Source: Lingula anatina (Eukaryota > Animalia > Brachiopoda). From it: a stretch of 64,000 bases of DNA. A program made the position numbers and the translations under genes. The notes beneath the pieces were generated by a model. It did not search any database. It had not been told where the DNA came from and was given only the letters and a program-made list of their open reading frames with translations. Where the stretch lies: positions 5,332,001 through 5,396,000 of the forward strand of contig CM120643.1 of NCBI GenBank assembly GCA_051362555.1, written 5' to 3'. Shown here piece after piece: positions 39,051-49,751 of the stretch. The stretch's first letter is position 1, and each line of letters begins with the position of its first letter.

Positions 39051-42000
39051 TAAGTCAAATGCCAAATGCGAGGTCATATTAAGATGCCCAATTTATTATT
39101 TAATACTCAAGTTCAATGCTAAATGTAGGTAGTTTTGGCGATTAAAGGGTCAGAAAATTTGCCAAGTTCAGTTCATGGTGAAAAGTAGGTCAAAGTTCAA
39201 ATTCAAATTAAATCATATTAAGATTGTCAATGCATGAATTGCTATCCAAGTACAATAGTAAATATGGGTGTATCTCTGCCATTTTGGGAGATATATGGGC
39301 CGGAAATTTGCAAAGTGCATTTCATGTTGGAAAATAGGTCAAAGGTCAAATGCAATTCACATTAAGATTGTCAATATTAGACTTCCTATCCAAGTTCAAT
39401 TGTAACTATGGGCATATCTCTGCTGGAAGACCCCAAGAGTAACTTCTCACTATAATATCAAAGCAAATTGGCACAAACAACTAATTTCCAAAGAAAATTA
39501 AAATTTTGACAATATTTTGGCCCATTTGACCTTGAAATATAGGTCTAAGGTCAATTAAAACCTTCACATATGGCTTTAGAGTCAAACTTTATACTAGCTT
39601 TTCCCATAATTCCCTTGGTTTGGGAGATATTTAGCATTTTCAAAACATTGCTGACAAAAATTATAAAACAGCGGTTCAATTAAGCTGAATTTTCAAATTT
39701 GACCAGTATTCTAGTGATATTGATCACTCCTGTAACACTGAAAAGGATCAAGACAACATGGCTGTCAGTTTTGTCAGAAATGTGAAAAGAACAATAAAGG
39801 AGCATAGCTTTCAGATAAATGGTTTGATCAAGCCGAGTTTCGAACTCAACCCACATTTTCTGAATATTTATCAGTTCTGCAAGTTTAAAGAAAAGAGGTA
39901 AAATGGTTTTCCACTCATTGTGTTATCAGTGAAAGTGCAGGGCGAAGATGACAGCAATGACGCAGATGATGGCTATATGTACAGACATGCTGTGTCTGTA
40001 CATAACAAGTACAATGTTACATTACAAATGAAGTCATGTCAGAAGTAGCTCACACTGACAACAAATGGTTAAATACAAGTTGGAGACTAACAGTATATCT
40101 TAATTAGAGAAAAAAATCTAAATGAATTTAATATAGTAACCAAAATATGAAAGGAGGATTGAGGATTCCATGTCTATATTTTAATCCTTATGCCTTCATT
40201 AGTACAAAGAAAATCTCTTGCACTAAAATCAATTGTTGTTATTTTTTCTTTTGCCTGACTGGTATAATCTGCAGCAAAAATGAGACAATGATGTCTTTAT
40301 GGAAAAAAAAGGATTAAATAGCGTATACAAAGCATATATAAACTTTTATCCAAGGCCATCCCAGTTCCCTGCCCCACCATCAAACCCACTCAACTGCCCT
40401 CAAAGTGACTGTCCCTGCAATAAAGCCTTGCTGCCGATAAGATATCTCAAAGATTATCTTATGTTTTGGCAAATGCCGCCCAGGAAATAAAACCCTGACA
40501 AAAGTTCAGGAAATGTCACTGATCTTAATGTCACCCATACTTTAATTAGTCAGACAAAGCATTTCCACTTTTTTTTGCCTGGCTTTTGCTGATAAGGAAC
40601 GGTATTATCTGTTGTTTTAGCATTAACCAGTATAACACTGTTATCTATGAACAGGCAAAGCCAAACTGTAATCCTGGCAATAAAAGTTGAAGACTAAGGA
40701 AATCCTGTTGACGCTATTGATATAACCCTATGCAGTAAATTATAAAATGCACCCTCACATATAACATATTTTGCAGTAGTATAATCTCTATGGTTTGAGT
40801 CTACTCCCTACTCAATTCCTTACCACTACCTGGGAAAATGTCAACTTAAATTTAATTGCATATCACAACAAATAGATCAGGAGCAACTTTATATATATAT
40901 ATATCCCTAGTCATTCTTTCATGATGACCTTTTTAGATATAAAATATATGCTAGAATGGAGCTTTTTTTCCACATAAGCTTGAAAAGTATGAGATAATAT
41001 GTAAGATTTCTTTAAACACAATATCAATATTCTGAGTACATTTGACCTAAAAAAAGTTATCAACAATTTTTCCTATATTAAGGAAATTCCCCCATCAAAC
41101 CCTACCTATCATATGAGAAGATAACAACCATAATTACATCAATTATGATATACTTTCAAATTAAACATTTGCCTCAAAACTTTATTTCTCTGATAATTCT
41201 AGCAGGCCATCTATGACTATTACTAATAAAAGATTGTTATTCTTGGGTTTTTTTTTTTTTTTTTTTTTTTTTTTTGTTCTTAATTATTTCATTATTAGTT
41301 GCAATTCTAATTACTAAATAAAACGAAGAAAAAACTAAACACTATTATACATACACATAAGCAAAAAAGCATTGTAGCAGTTGAAATCAGAAACTGCTCT
41401 TGTTTTTTCACATTCAACTAATTGACCAAATCTCTCTCATGTTAGCATCCTGTTCTCAACACACTTATCAACCAAATGTCCTTCATCTTCATAATCTGTA
41501 TATAAATATATCAATAGAAAATAACAAGACATGAGGCCCAAAATGTGAATTATGAACAATTCATACATGTGGAATTCAATAGAAGCTTTATCAATCTTCA
41601 GGCTGCTGGCATCAGTTCAGCCTGGATTGTATCAGATGAGACCAGGACATGGACAAACTAGAACTACTGATGAATGTGAATTATATTCTTCTGGTACTTT
41701 TCTGTAATAAAACAAATGTAAAATAGAGGTAAAATAAAGCTTATGGCAAAACCGTGATGGGCAACAAAACTATTCTATGTGCATTTATTATACATTTCTC
41801 TACTCCCTGTCCTCCAAAGTTGTTCAGTTCAGTTTCTGGGTCAACCCTATCTCCAGTTGAGTAAAACCAAAACATTTTTTATGAAATATTTGTGTTCCAA
41901 GTTATGTAGTCCCAGCTTATCCCTCTCTAAAGAAGCATTCACATTAGTGGTATTCATAAATTTGACTTAAAGGAATTCATCATGAAAAAACAGGTTAAAG

Positions 42001-42206
42001 CTATCATTAATGCCCCCAAAAGGAATTACTGATCAATTACAGATAAAAAAATGATTATATTTTGTTAATTTTTTTACACAGATTTTATACAAGTGTGAAA
42101 CTAGTTTAAGATATGCCTGCATGGTGGCACAGTGCAAGATAGGCTGTAGAGGTTGACTTCAAATGCATCTTTAAGTTAACCTTATCCACTGACCTTAACA
42201 GTTCAT

Positions 42207-42387
42207 TTAAAACCAGAACCACTATCGGGCTTAAAAGTTTATTAAACTACATAAAAGTTTACATAAAATTACATAACTACAGTAAACGTTAACTACTTCA
42301 ACACAGTACATCAACCCGTATGTTAATGAGTTGCAACCCTTAGATACAGGTAGCAATATTACTAATTGCAGCTGTTCAAAATTCCCA
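42207..42387 (-). repeat. Ngaro split direct repeat B2 (181 bp; copy B1 at 42706-42886), carries minus-strand AATAAA about 30 nt from the end
   Basis: Direct sequence match by eye; tttatt at 42238-42243. Confidence 0.95.
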
Positions 42388-43044
42388 TTTACTAAGCGCA
42401 AATGTTTAAAAATTAAATGAAGATCATGTACGCAAAATGTGTACAATGCAAATGTAAGATGCGCCTTCCGCCCATATGAGGGACGGGAGGGTGGGAAAAT
42501 CTTCTACGCTTATGCTTAAGCCGCTTTTAATTGAAGCAAAATGGGCTCGAGCGCCCTTACACGCTGTCCAGCTTTAACGGCTGCCAGGCTCTAACTGCCA
42601 ATTATTTTGAATGCGCCACGTGAGCTGGCTGACCAATCCCGAGCCCGCAGCCTAGGCGTCCCTCTAGTGGTGGTTTTAAATACCATTCCCAAAGGGAAAG
42701 GGTACTTAAAACCAGAACCACTATCGGGCTTAAAAGTTTATTAAACTACATAAAAGTTTACATAAAATTACATAACTACAGTAAACGTTAACTACTTCAA
42801 CACAGTACATCAACCCGTATGTTAATGAGTTGCAACCCTTAGATACAGGTAGCAATATTACTAATTGCAGCTGTTCAAAATTCCCAACCCAGAGTATGAG
42901 TAGGTGAGTGAAAATGAAAATAGACGTAATTGCACTTAAAAACTGCCATCTAGACATATAACAGTGGACCTCGTCTTTGGGGGCAGTCACAAGTTGTTAA
43001 TTTCCAGTCCACTACTTTAAGTTTTTCATAATTTAACTATAAGT

Positions 43045-44007
43045 TCAAACTTTCTTCAGCGCTCCCACCATTACATCGTATTTCATATCCGCCGAGGGTT
43101 TGATGTATTGGAATACCGCGTCACTAGACCAGTCTCCCATGGCCTTCACCATCGCTAAAGGAGTACCGATAGAAAGAAGCCACGTAGCTCCTCCCCTGCG
43201 GAGACTGTGAGTATTGTACGTCGCGGTGGAAAGTCCGATCCCTCGAAGTGACCGTGCAAGTTTTTGACGAAAGCCTGCCGATGTGAGGAGAGTGGTCTCT
43301 CCGTTGTAAGAAGTGGCAAGGAGCGGCGCAGATTCCGGGACGTCCATGGACATCTTCAGAAAATTTGTCAGCGCTGTTGTGGGGCATAAAGGGCTGCCGT
43401 GACGAAAGGGGAGTGTAACGATATGGGTTCTCTGGCCGTACTGATTGTTTTTCGATTTGGTTACTCTTAGGGTGCAAAATTGTAAATGTCAAGTCGCGGC
43501 GACATATAGATAGGCCGCTATCTGTCTGAGACCGGGCCGTAATATTGCTAACTCTGAGCATTCCAAAGAAAGCGATCAGACAAGCTGCCCACGTCTGTGC
43601 TTGTTCTAAATCGTTCAGGTTGAGGAATGATCGTAGGTTTAAAAGCTGTGGTGGTAGGATGGGTGCTTTCTGAGAGCCCGGATCTCCTTTGTGTCTCTTT
43701 ATACCACCTAGAGTCGTCTTCAGCTCCCACGAACACAGAGGGTTAGGAAGTCCGAAATCCGTGTGGATGATCCGGACGATATTTAGGTACTGCCGAAGAG
43801 ATGAGAAAGCGCACGATCGTGCCCGGTAAGCGGCGTATCTGCAGATGTTGGTGGGGGATATAGGAATCGGTTTACAGTTAATTTCCTCACAGAACTTGAT
43901 ATAAGCTCTTAGATGTGATCTATAAGTTGATTTAGTAGAGGGCGAGAAAAGTTGAGCTCTCCAGAAGTTCACTTCATTATCTAGTTGTTGTCTCAGTCTA
44001 TCGGAGC
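43045..44007 (-). pseudogene. Ngaro tyrosine recombinase, one frameshift near 43480
   Basis: Frame 1 has GMLRVSN; frame 2 has KSKNNQYG..LCP..HSLRRGGA..MGDWSSDAVFQY, so the R-K-H-R-W-Y catalytic set is present but split. Confidence 0.9.
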
Positions 44008-45629
44008 CTGGGATAAAGAAAAGAAAAAGAGGAATTAGTCATATGGTCTTGCAGAAAATACACTGGCGGCTGTCTGTGTAAGCTTAAATACCAGTGATGG
44101 ACTAATTCGAGGAAAAGAGAGCAATGTTCTGGCTCATGCATTCGTGACACGGAATCGGCCATTTTATTTTCTTCCCCGGCGATATGGATCGCATAAATTG
44201 AAAAGTCATATTTCAGCGCTAGGAGAGATAATTCCTTAAGAAGGTTGTTGCAGGCGGTGTTTGGCGAAGCCCCTTTGTTTAAAATGTTCATTGCCACTTC
44301 ACTATCAGTGTAAACAATGACGCGTTGTGCCTTCCACAGCGGGGACCACCTGTACGCAGCCAGGACGATGGATGCTAATTCCTTGACATTAATGTGTTCA
44401 CCCCCTAACTGGTGAGGAGCGTCCTGTATCCAGTTAGTGTAAAACCAATCTCCGCAGTAGAACGCTCCACCTGCTGTGATGCTGGAGTCGGTATACACCT
44501 GTTGAATCGGTCGCGCGTCCCATATGAGTTTTGTATTGTTTCCCGTGATGAGCCACTTGCTCCACCAAAGGAGGTCTTTACGTAATGGGTTTAGCTTGCA
44601 CTTATGACTGGCTCTTTTCAGTGAAGCTATGGAGTTAAATATATTTCGCACGTGTGTTCTACCCCATGGGATGACGTTCGATGCCCAGACTAACTTCCCG
44701 GCCAGGGATTCAAGCTGACGTCTGCTGGCGCGCACGCGGCTTTGAAATGTTTGGATCAAGCGGAGTAAGTCGCGAACTTTTTGTTCCTCTAAAGAGAGTA
44801 CGCCTTCAACAGTATCTATGACGATGCCTAGAAACGTTAGGCGAGTCGTTGGGTCACAGACTTTTTTCCAGTTGATGCCAAAACCCAGGAGTCTTAAAAG
44901 ATTGATTAATGTGCTATAAGCCTGCTTGCATCGTTCAAATGTCTCTCCTATAACCAAAAAGTCATCTAAATAAACTACGACGTGGAAGCCTCGTTTCTCC
45001 ATCATCCGCTTTACCGCTTGTGTTAACCGGTGAAAAATTTCGGGGCTTTTGCGGGCCCCGAATGGGAGTCTCGTGTCCACTAAAGTCCTTGGCTCAGTTG
45101 AACCAGCAAAGTTCCATTTAAGCCCAGTAAGGGTTAACTGGGAAGGGTGTAACGCGACAGTTCTATATGCTGAGTGGAGGTCAACTTTGCTGAGAAAATA
45201 TCCTGGTTTAATCTTATCCAGTGCCGACCGTATAGTCTCGTATCGAAATGTTTGTTTTGTTGCGTAATCGTTTACTGCTGCCCCTTCAGGTCTGCTGTAA
45301 TCATGAATAAGACGGATGCCGCCGTCAGGTTTTGGCACTGCGGAAATTGCACTAATTATCGTAGGCTGGAGTTCTGGTTCAATATAGTGACCCTCCTCTA
45401 TTTCTGTTTTTATTTGAGTCTCAACTTTATGCTTGAAAGCTTCGCAAGTGGCGGATCTACTGTTTTCTACTTCAGTTCTCGTGATGCGATCCAGATCTAA
45501 ATCGTCGACTATTCGGAAGCCCTCCCGAATACCATTAATTATAAAATCATAGTCTGTATCTCCTTGTAGTTCCTTTTCCCATTTTTCAATGTTTTTGTGC
45601 AGCGGAGATTCTTTTGCGGCGTGCGTTTG
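43998..45629 (-). CDS. Ngaro Pol (reverse transcriptase + RNase H), open from the gag stop onward in the same frame
   Basis: PKPDGGIRLIHD, KVDLHSAYR, LPFG, YLDD; RNase H YTDSS..HINVKEL..YTDS..NKMADSVSR; I translated the frame open for 97 codons upstream of the listed GTG. Confidence 0.92.
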   Translation of the reverse strand, partial: QTHAAKESPLHKNIEKWEKELQGDTDYDFIINGIREGFRIVDDLDLDRITRTEVENSRSATCEAFKHKVETQIKTEIEEGHYIEPELQPTIISAISAVPKPDGGIRLIHDYSRPEGAAVNDYATKQTFRYETIRSALDKIKPGYFLSKVDLHSAYRTVALHPSQLTLTGLKWNFAGSTEPRTLVDTRLPFGARKSPEIFHRLTQAVKRMMEKRGFHVVVYLDDFLVIGETFERCKQAYSTLINLLRLLGFGINWKKVCDPTTRLTFLGIVIDTVEGVLSLEEQKVRDLLRLIQTFQSRVRASRRQLESLAGKLVWASNVIPWGRTHVRNIFNSIASLKRASHKCKLNPLRKDLLWWSKWLITGNNTKLIWDARPIQQVYTDSSITAGGAFYCGDWFYTNWIQDAPHQLGGEHINVKELASIVLAAYRWSPLWKAQRVIVYTDSEVAMNILNKGASPNTACNNLLKELSLLALKYDFSIYAIHIAGEENKMADSVSRMHEPEHCSLFLELVHHWYLSLHRQPPVYFLQDHMTNSSFSFLYPRLR

Positions 45630-46739
45630 TCAATGCGAAGGATTTCTTGCTGTGGGACTGGTCCCTTGCTGCTTGTGCGTGTATTCCCCATGAGTAGTAC
45701 TGGAACAGGCTACACACGCGTGAGCATAACGGCAGTTCGGGAAAGAGCAGCCCTGGCGACCGTTAAATTTCATACAAATGGGTCGACCCGTCGCTGTGTC
45801 CAATTTTGTTTGTTTCCCTCTGGTTGTTGGTTGGGTTGAATTCGGTTTTAACAACACCTGCATGAGAAAGGGGCTGTCGGTTCCCCATGGAAATCCCATC
45901 TCGCTCTGAGATTTCCTATACTCTGCGTCGAAGCGTAAGACTGATTGCCAATTAAAAGATTGACCCATGCATGCCACCTTTGTCACGTAGCTGGTGTAGT
46001 CCATGACTGTTTGAATGTCCGCGCCGTCGTCGGCCACCATTTCCCTTAATATTTTCATCGACGCTTCTGTGTATTGCAGTGGGGAAATGCGCTCCAGGGG
46101 AAGTTTTCTGTCGGAGAGGGAAAGTTGTAAATCGCCAATACGGACTGGTGTGTCACTTTTCGCTTCAAATTTGTCTGCAAACATTACATAGCTACGTATG
46201 TCGCGATGCTTGTTAAGTTTTCTTTGTCTATCAGGAGTTGAAAAAGGATCAAAAATCCCCTTACCGTCGTGCTCTCTCTGATGAACTCTGTTTGGTTGAT
46301 TCCCATTCCCGTTCCCAATGTCTAGTAGTTGGCATAACCTGGTGTAATCGAGGTCCCCGGTGTTTCCTGTTTCAGTTTGCGCGCTGGGGGCCGCCATATT
46401 AGGGGTCCCGGATGTCCCTGGCAAGATGGCTGGGGCCTCGTCTTGGGTTTTCTTGTCTCCAGTTTCGGGAGTAGAGGTTGCAGCAGACACACTGTTAGAC
46501 GTAGCTGGACTCTGGTTGTTCTGTGGCTGAGCACTATGTTTTTGTTGTAGGGTAAGCACCGCATCTTGGAGAAGGAGGATCTGAGCCAGCGGTAGAGATT
46601 TACTGAAATGTCTTTGAATGAGTGGCTCTGTGAGTTTCTTGCAACTCCTGAGTGAGAAGAATCCTGCATCCTTTAAGATTTCTACCGTGTCTTCCGAGAG
46701 CTCGTTAGCCTCCACCCAAGACTGGAATTCTTCAGCCAT
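45630..46739 (-). CDS. Ngaro Gag-like ORF1
   Basis: 369 aa; C-terminal Cys/His knuckle CMKFNGRQGCSFPNCRYAHACVACSSTTH; WQSVLRFDAEYRK...W motif. Confidence 0.88.
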   Translation of the reverse strand: MAEEFQSWVEANELSEDTVEILKDAGFFSLRSCKKLTEPLIQRHFSKSLPLAQILLLQDAVLTLQQKHSAQPQNNQSPATSNSVSAATSTPETGDKKTQDEAPAILPGTSGTPNMAAPSAQTETGNTGDLDYTRLCQLLDIGNGNGNQPNRVHQREHDGKGIFDPFSTPDRQRKLNKHRDIRSYVMFADKFEAKSDTPVRIGDLQLSLSDRKLPLERISPLQYTEASMKILREMVADDGADIQTVMDYTSYVTKVACMGQSFNWQSVLRFDAEYRKSQSEMGFPWGTDSPFLMQVLLKPNSTQPTTRGKQTKLDTATGRPICMKFNGRQGCSFPNCRYAHACVACSSTTHGEYTHKQQGTSPTARNPSH

Positions 46740-46759
46740 TGTCAGGGAGAAAAGAACAA

Positions 46760-46969
46760 AAAATCTTCTACGCTTATGCTTAAGCCGCTTTTAATTGAAG
46801 CAAAATGGGCTCGAGCGCCCTTACACGCTGTCCAGCTTTAACGGCTGCCAGGCTCTAACTGCCAATTATTTTGAATGCGCCACGTGAGCTGGCTGACCAA
46901 TCCCGAGCCCGCAGCCTAGGCGTCCCTCTAGTGGTGGTTTTAAATACCATTCCCAAAGGGAAAGGGTAC
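46760..46969 (-). repeat. Ngaro split direct repeat A1 (210 bp; copy A2 at 42496-42705)
   Basis: Direct sequence match by eye. Confidence 0.95.
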
Positions 46970-47578
46970 ATAACACTGCCATTATCCTACATAAGTAAAC
47001 TATGTGCTAGCTCACAGTTTATATAACACTGGTATTATCCTACATAAGTAAACTTTGTGCAAACTAACAACAGAAATTGAATGTGAAAAAAACATCGTCC
47101 TTCATTTTATGACATAACACTTATTACTAACTAAATTAATCATCGAAAACTGGCCTGGTGAGAAGGAATGCATATTGCTTGTAAGTGACACAAATATTCA
47201 AGTCAGTCACCAAATTGGAAAAAGAAAGTTCAAGTAACCCTTAATAAAATCAAACATCATCCTGGTACAAATTTAACATTATGAAAAAAACATTTTGGAT
47301 TAGATGGATAAGATTACAAATAGCCGTAAAATGTTCACCATGCCTTTATTTGCACTCAACCCATCTTTTTATCAATGTAGCTTCCTAATAACTTTAAGTA
47401 AATAAAATGTTTTGGTACTTACAGGGCAAAAGTAACTTCCATAAAAATGGTTTTCAAACTAAGTCTGCGATTTTACCAAATGAAACTTCACATACCAGTG
47501 AATTAAAAGTAAAATATAAAATTTGGCAGTGGAGTTAAGAATTGTGTCAGATGACTATGGCAGCAGCAACAAACACAA

Positions 47579-48296
47579 TAGGTAATGTGAACATATACAG
47601 ACACACTAGAGCTCCGTTCACATGACAAGTCTATTTTCTAAAAATCTATTTTCTATTCGCGGTATCTTGTGATCACGTTCTGTGCACTGAATACCCCGTG
47701 GCGTAATTACTGGCAGCATGAGCCGGTTACTTCCAAAGCTGTAATTAATTCTCAGCTGCGCTCGGAGTGATCACAAGATACCACGAATAGAAAATAGATT
47801 TTTAGAAAATAGATTTTTCATGTGAATGGAGTCTAGGTATTGTGGACATATACAGACACACTAGGTAATGTGGACATATACAGACACACTAGGCGATGTG
47901 GACATATACAGACACACTAGGTTATGTGGTCATATACAGACACACTAGGTAATGTGGACATATACAGACACAGTAGGTTATGTGCACATATACAGACACA
48001 CTAGGTAATGTGGACATATACAGACACACTAGGTAATGTGGACATGTACAGACACACTAGGTAATGTGGACATATACAGACACACTAGGCGATGTGGACA
48101 TGTACAGACACACTAGGTAATGTGGACATATACAGACACAGTAGGTAATGTGGACATATACAGACACAGTAGGTAATGTGGACATATACAGACACACTAG
48201 GTATTGTGGACATATACAGACACACTAGGTCTGTGGACATATAAGGACACACTTGATGTAGACATATACAGACGCACTAGGTCATGTACAGACACA
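47579..48296. repeat. 28-bp minisatellite (gtaatgtggacatatacagacacactag), roughly 17 units
   Basis: Direct reading; no unique spacers. Confidence 0.93.
47610..47833. mobile_element. Harbinger-like MITE with ~65-bp TIRs inserted in a minisatellite
   Basis: TIR ctccgttcacatga...gtgatcac; tag on both sides; truncated relative at ~19057-19240. Confidence 0.78.
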
Positions 48297-49401
48297 TCGA
48301 ACATCTGTAGATAACTAGACATCCAAGATATCACATCAATAAATGAACACTAGTACCAAACAAATGTAGCTCAGTCTACAGTCTATAACAAAGAATAAAG
48401 GCCAAAGTGAGAGAAAAGAAAGCATTAAGTTCTAATAAAATGCAATATTTAATGATTAAGCCATGAGCAAGCTTACAACAAAAATTTCACAAGAGAGTGA
48501 GACATACACCAAACCAACACTAACTTCTAGACAACAAATATAACAACTAAATTATAAAGCTAAAATGGCCTTGTTCAGGAAGAATACACATTGTTCATCA
48601 GAAACAAATTTTTCAAGAAGTCAGGTAACTAGAAATGGTTACTCCCAGTACCCTGAAGCAAAATAAGTTTATCTTTTGATAAAATTAATAAGTCACAGCA
48701 CTGCAAGATATATAAGGGCAAAATGCATGAAGACATTTTTAGTAACTAATAAAACTTTTGTCTTTTTAAACTTGGTTGAAATCAGTGGTTCTATTTTCTC
48801 TGTCAATCAGGAATGAACATGTGGTAGGGAGAGTAGTAGAAAACCTTAACATACACGGTGGCCTTCCACTCTTAGTACAGTGTTTTGTGTAAAAAGCTGT
48901 AATTCATTGCTTTTTTTACTTGAGAAAAGGCATGAAGACAACAAAAATATGTTAAATTTGAATGAAAGTGTGATATAATATGTGTGAATATATGTGTGAT
49001 ATATGCTGAATGCAATATTGCACCCTTCCCCAAACACAACGTTAAAAAATTTTGATTCTGTATTGGATAAAGTGACTATATGTAGCCTAGGACAGATGCA
49101 GGTGTTGGCTAAATGTACAGACACAATCTGTATGGATATAAAAAAAGCTGGCAAATATACAGACACTAATACAGAGAATAATATCGTTACCATGCACTAC
49201 TTAGCACTGCTAATGTTAACAGGCATATAACAGCAAACAGTAATTTTTGTAAAAACATGGCAATATCATGCTGATTTTCAAAAGGATCTCTACCAAACAA
49301 AGTCACTTAGCAAGTTTGCAGTAAAAAACAAAAATATAGTAATGTAACTTTGGATTGGAAGTTGTCAAACTTGTTACTCAATATTATGACTGAATTCTCA
49401 C

Positions 49402-49522
49402 CTTTGTAAGTTATTGCCAAGTTTTCTGTGTCGGTGGTGTCAGGAGACCGTACATGCTGTAACCAGCCCCCTTCACTTCCAAACAACTCCACCTTGACAA
49501 CAGTTCCCAGCGCTGACAAAAA
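49402..49522 (-). CDS. ZFPM: ZFPM/ush exon (middle of PR-like domain)
   Basis: GGWLQHVRSPDTTDTENLAITYKG resembles the PR-domain WLxxVR..E.NL motif; phase 0/1 fits both neighbours. Confidence 0.8.
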
Positions 49523-49751
49523 CTAAAAAATAAAAATATTAATCAATATATCGTTCCTGAATTTAAAAAGAAATCAGAAAACAAATAATGAAAGTTATAA
49601 AAGTCCATTAAAACCAGATGTTTGAATATCATTATAAAGCCCAAAAGGTAAACATCAAAGCTAGTCAATTTCTCCTTGCAAAGAGTAAACAAGGCAGCAA
49701 AGCTGTCAAATGTACATACAAAAACAGAAAATAAAGATGCAAAATAGGTCA

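Larger units (their letters stand above)
42207..46969 (-). mobile_element. Full-length Ngaro-type (DIRS order) tyrosine-recombinase retrotransposon with split direct repeats
   Basis: A1 46760-46969, gag, RT/RNaseH, YR, B1 42706-42886, A2 42496-42705, B2 42207-42387; repeat copies look identical by eye; no TSD; no methyltransferase domain seen. Confidence 0.93.

Noticed and set aside
42231-42990. Two similar short ORFs ending ...LLCSLINF
   Set aside because: Incidental frames in the duplicated B repeat.
46970-47060. ~53-bp duplication beside the Ngaro end as a possible TSD
   Set aside because: Both copies lie on the same side and are diverged; it is a host tandem duplication.
47579-48296. 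28-bp repeats as a CRISPR array
   Set aside because: Head-to-tail units with no unique spacers, no cas genes, eukaryotic context.
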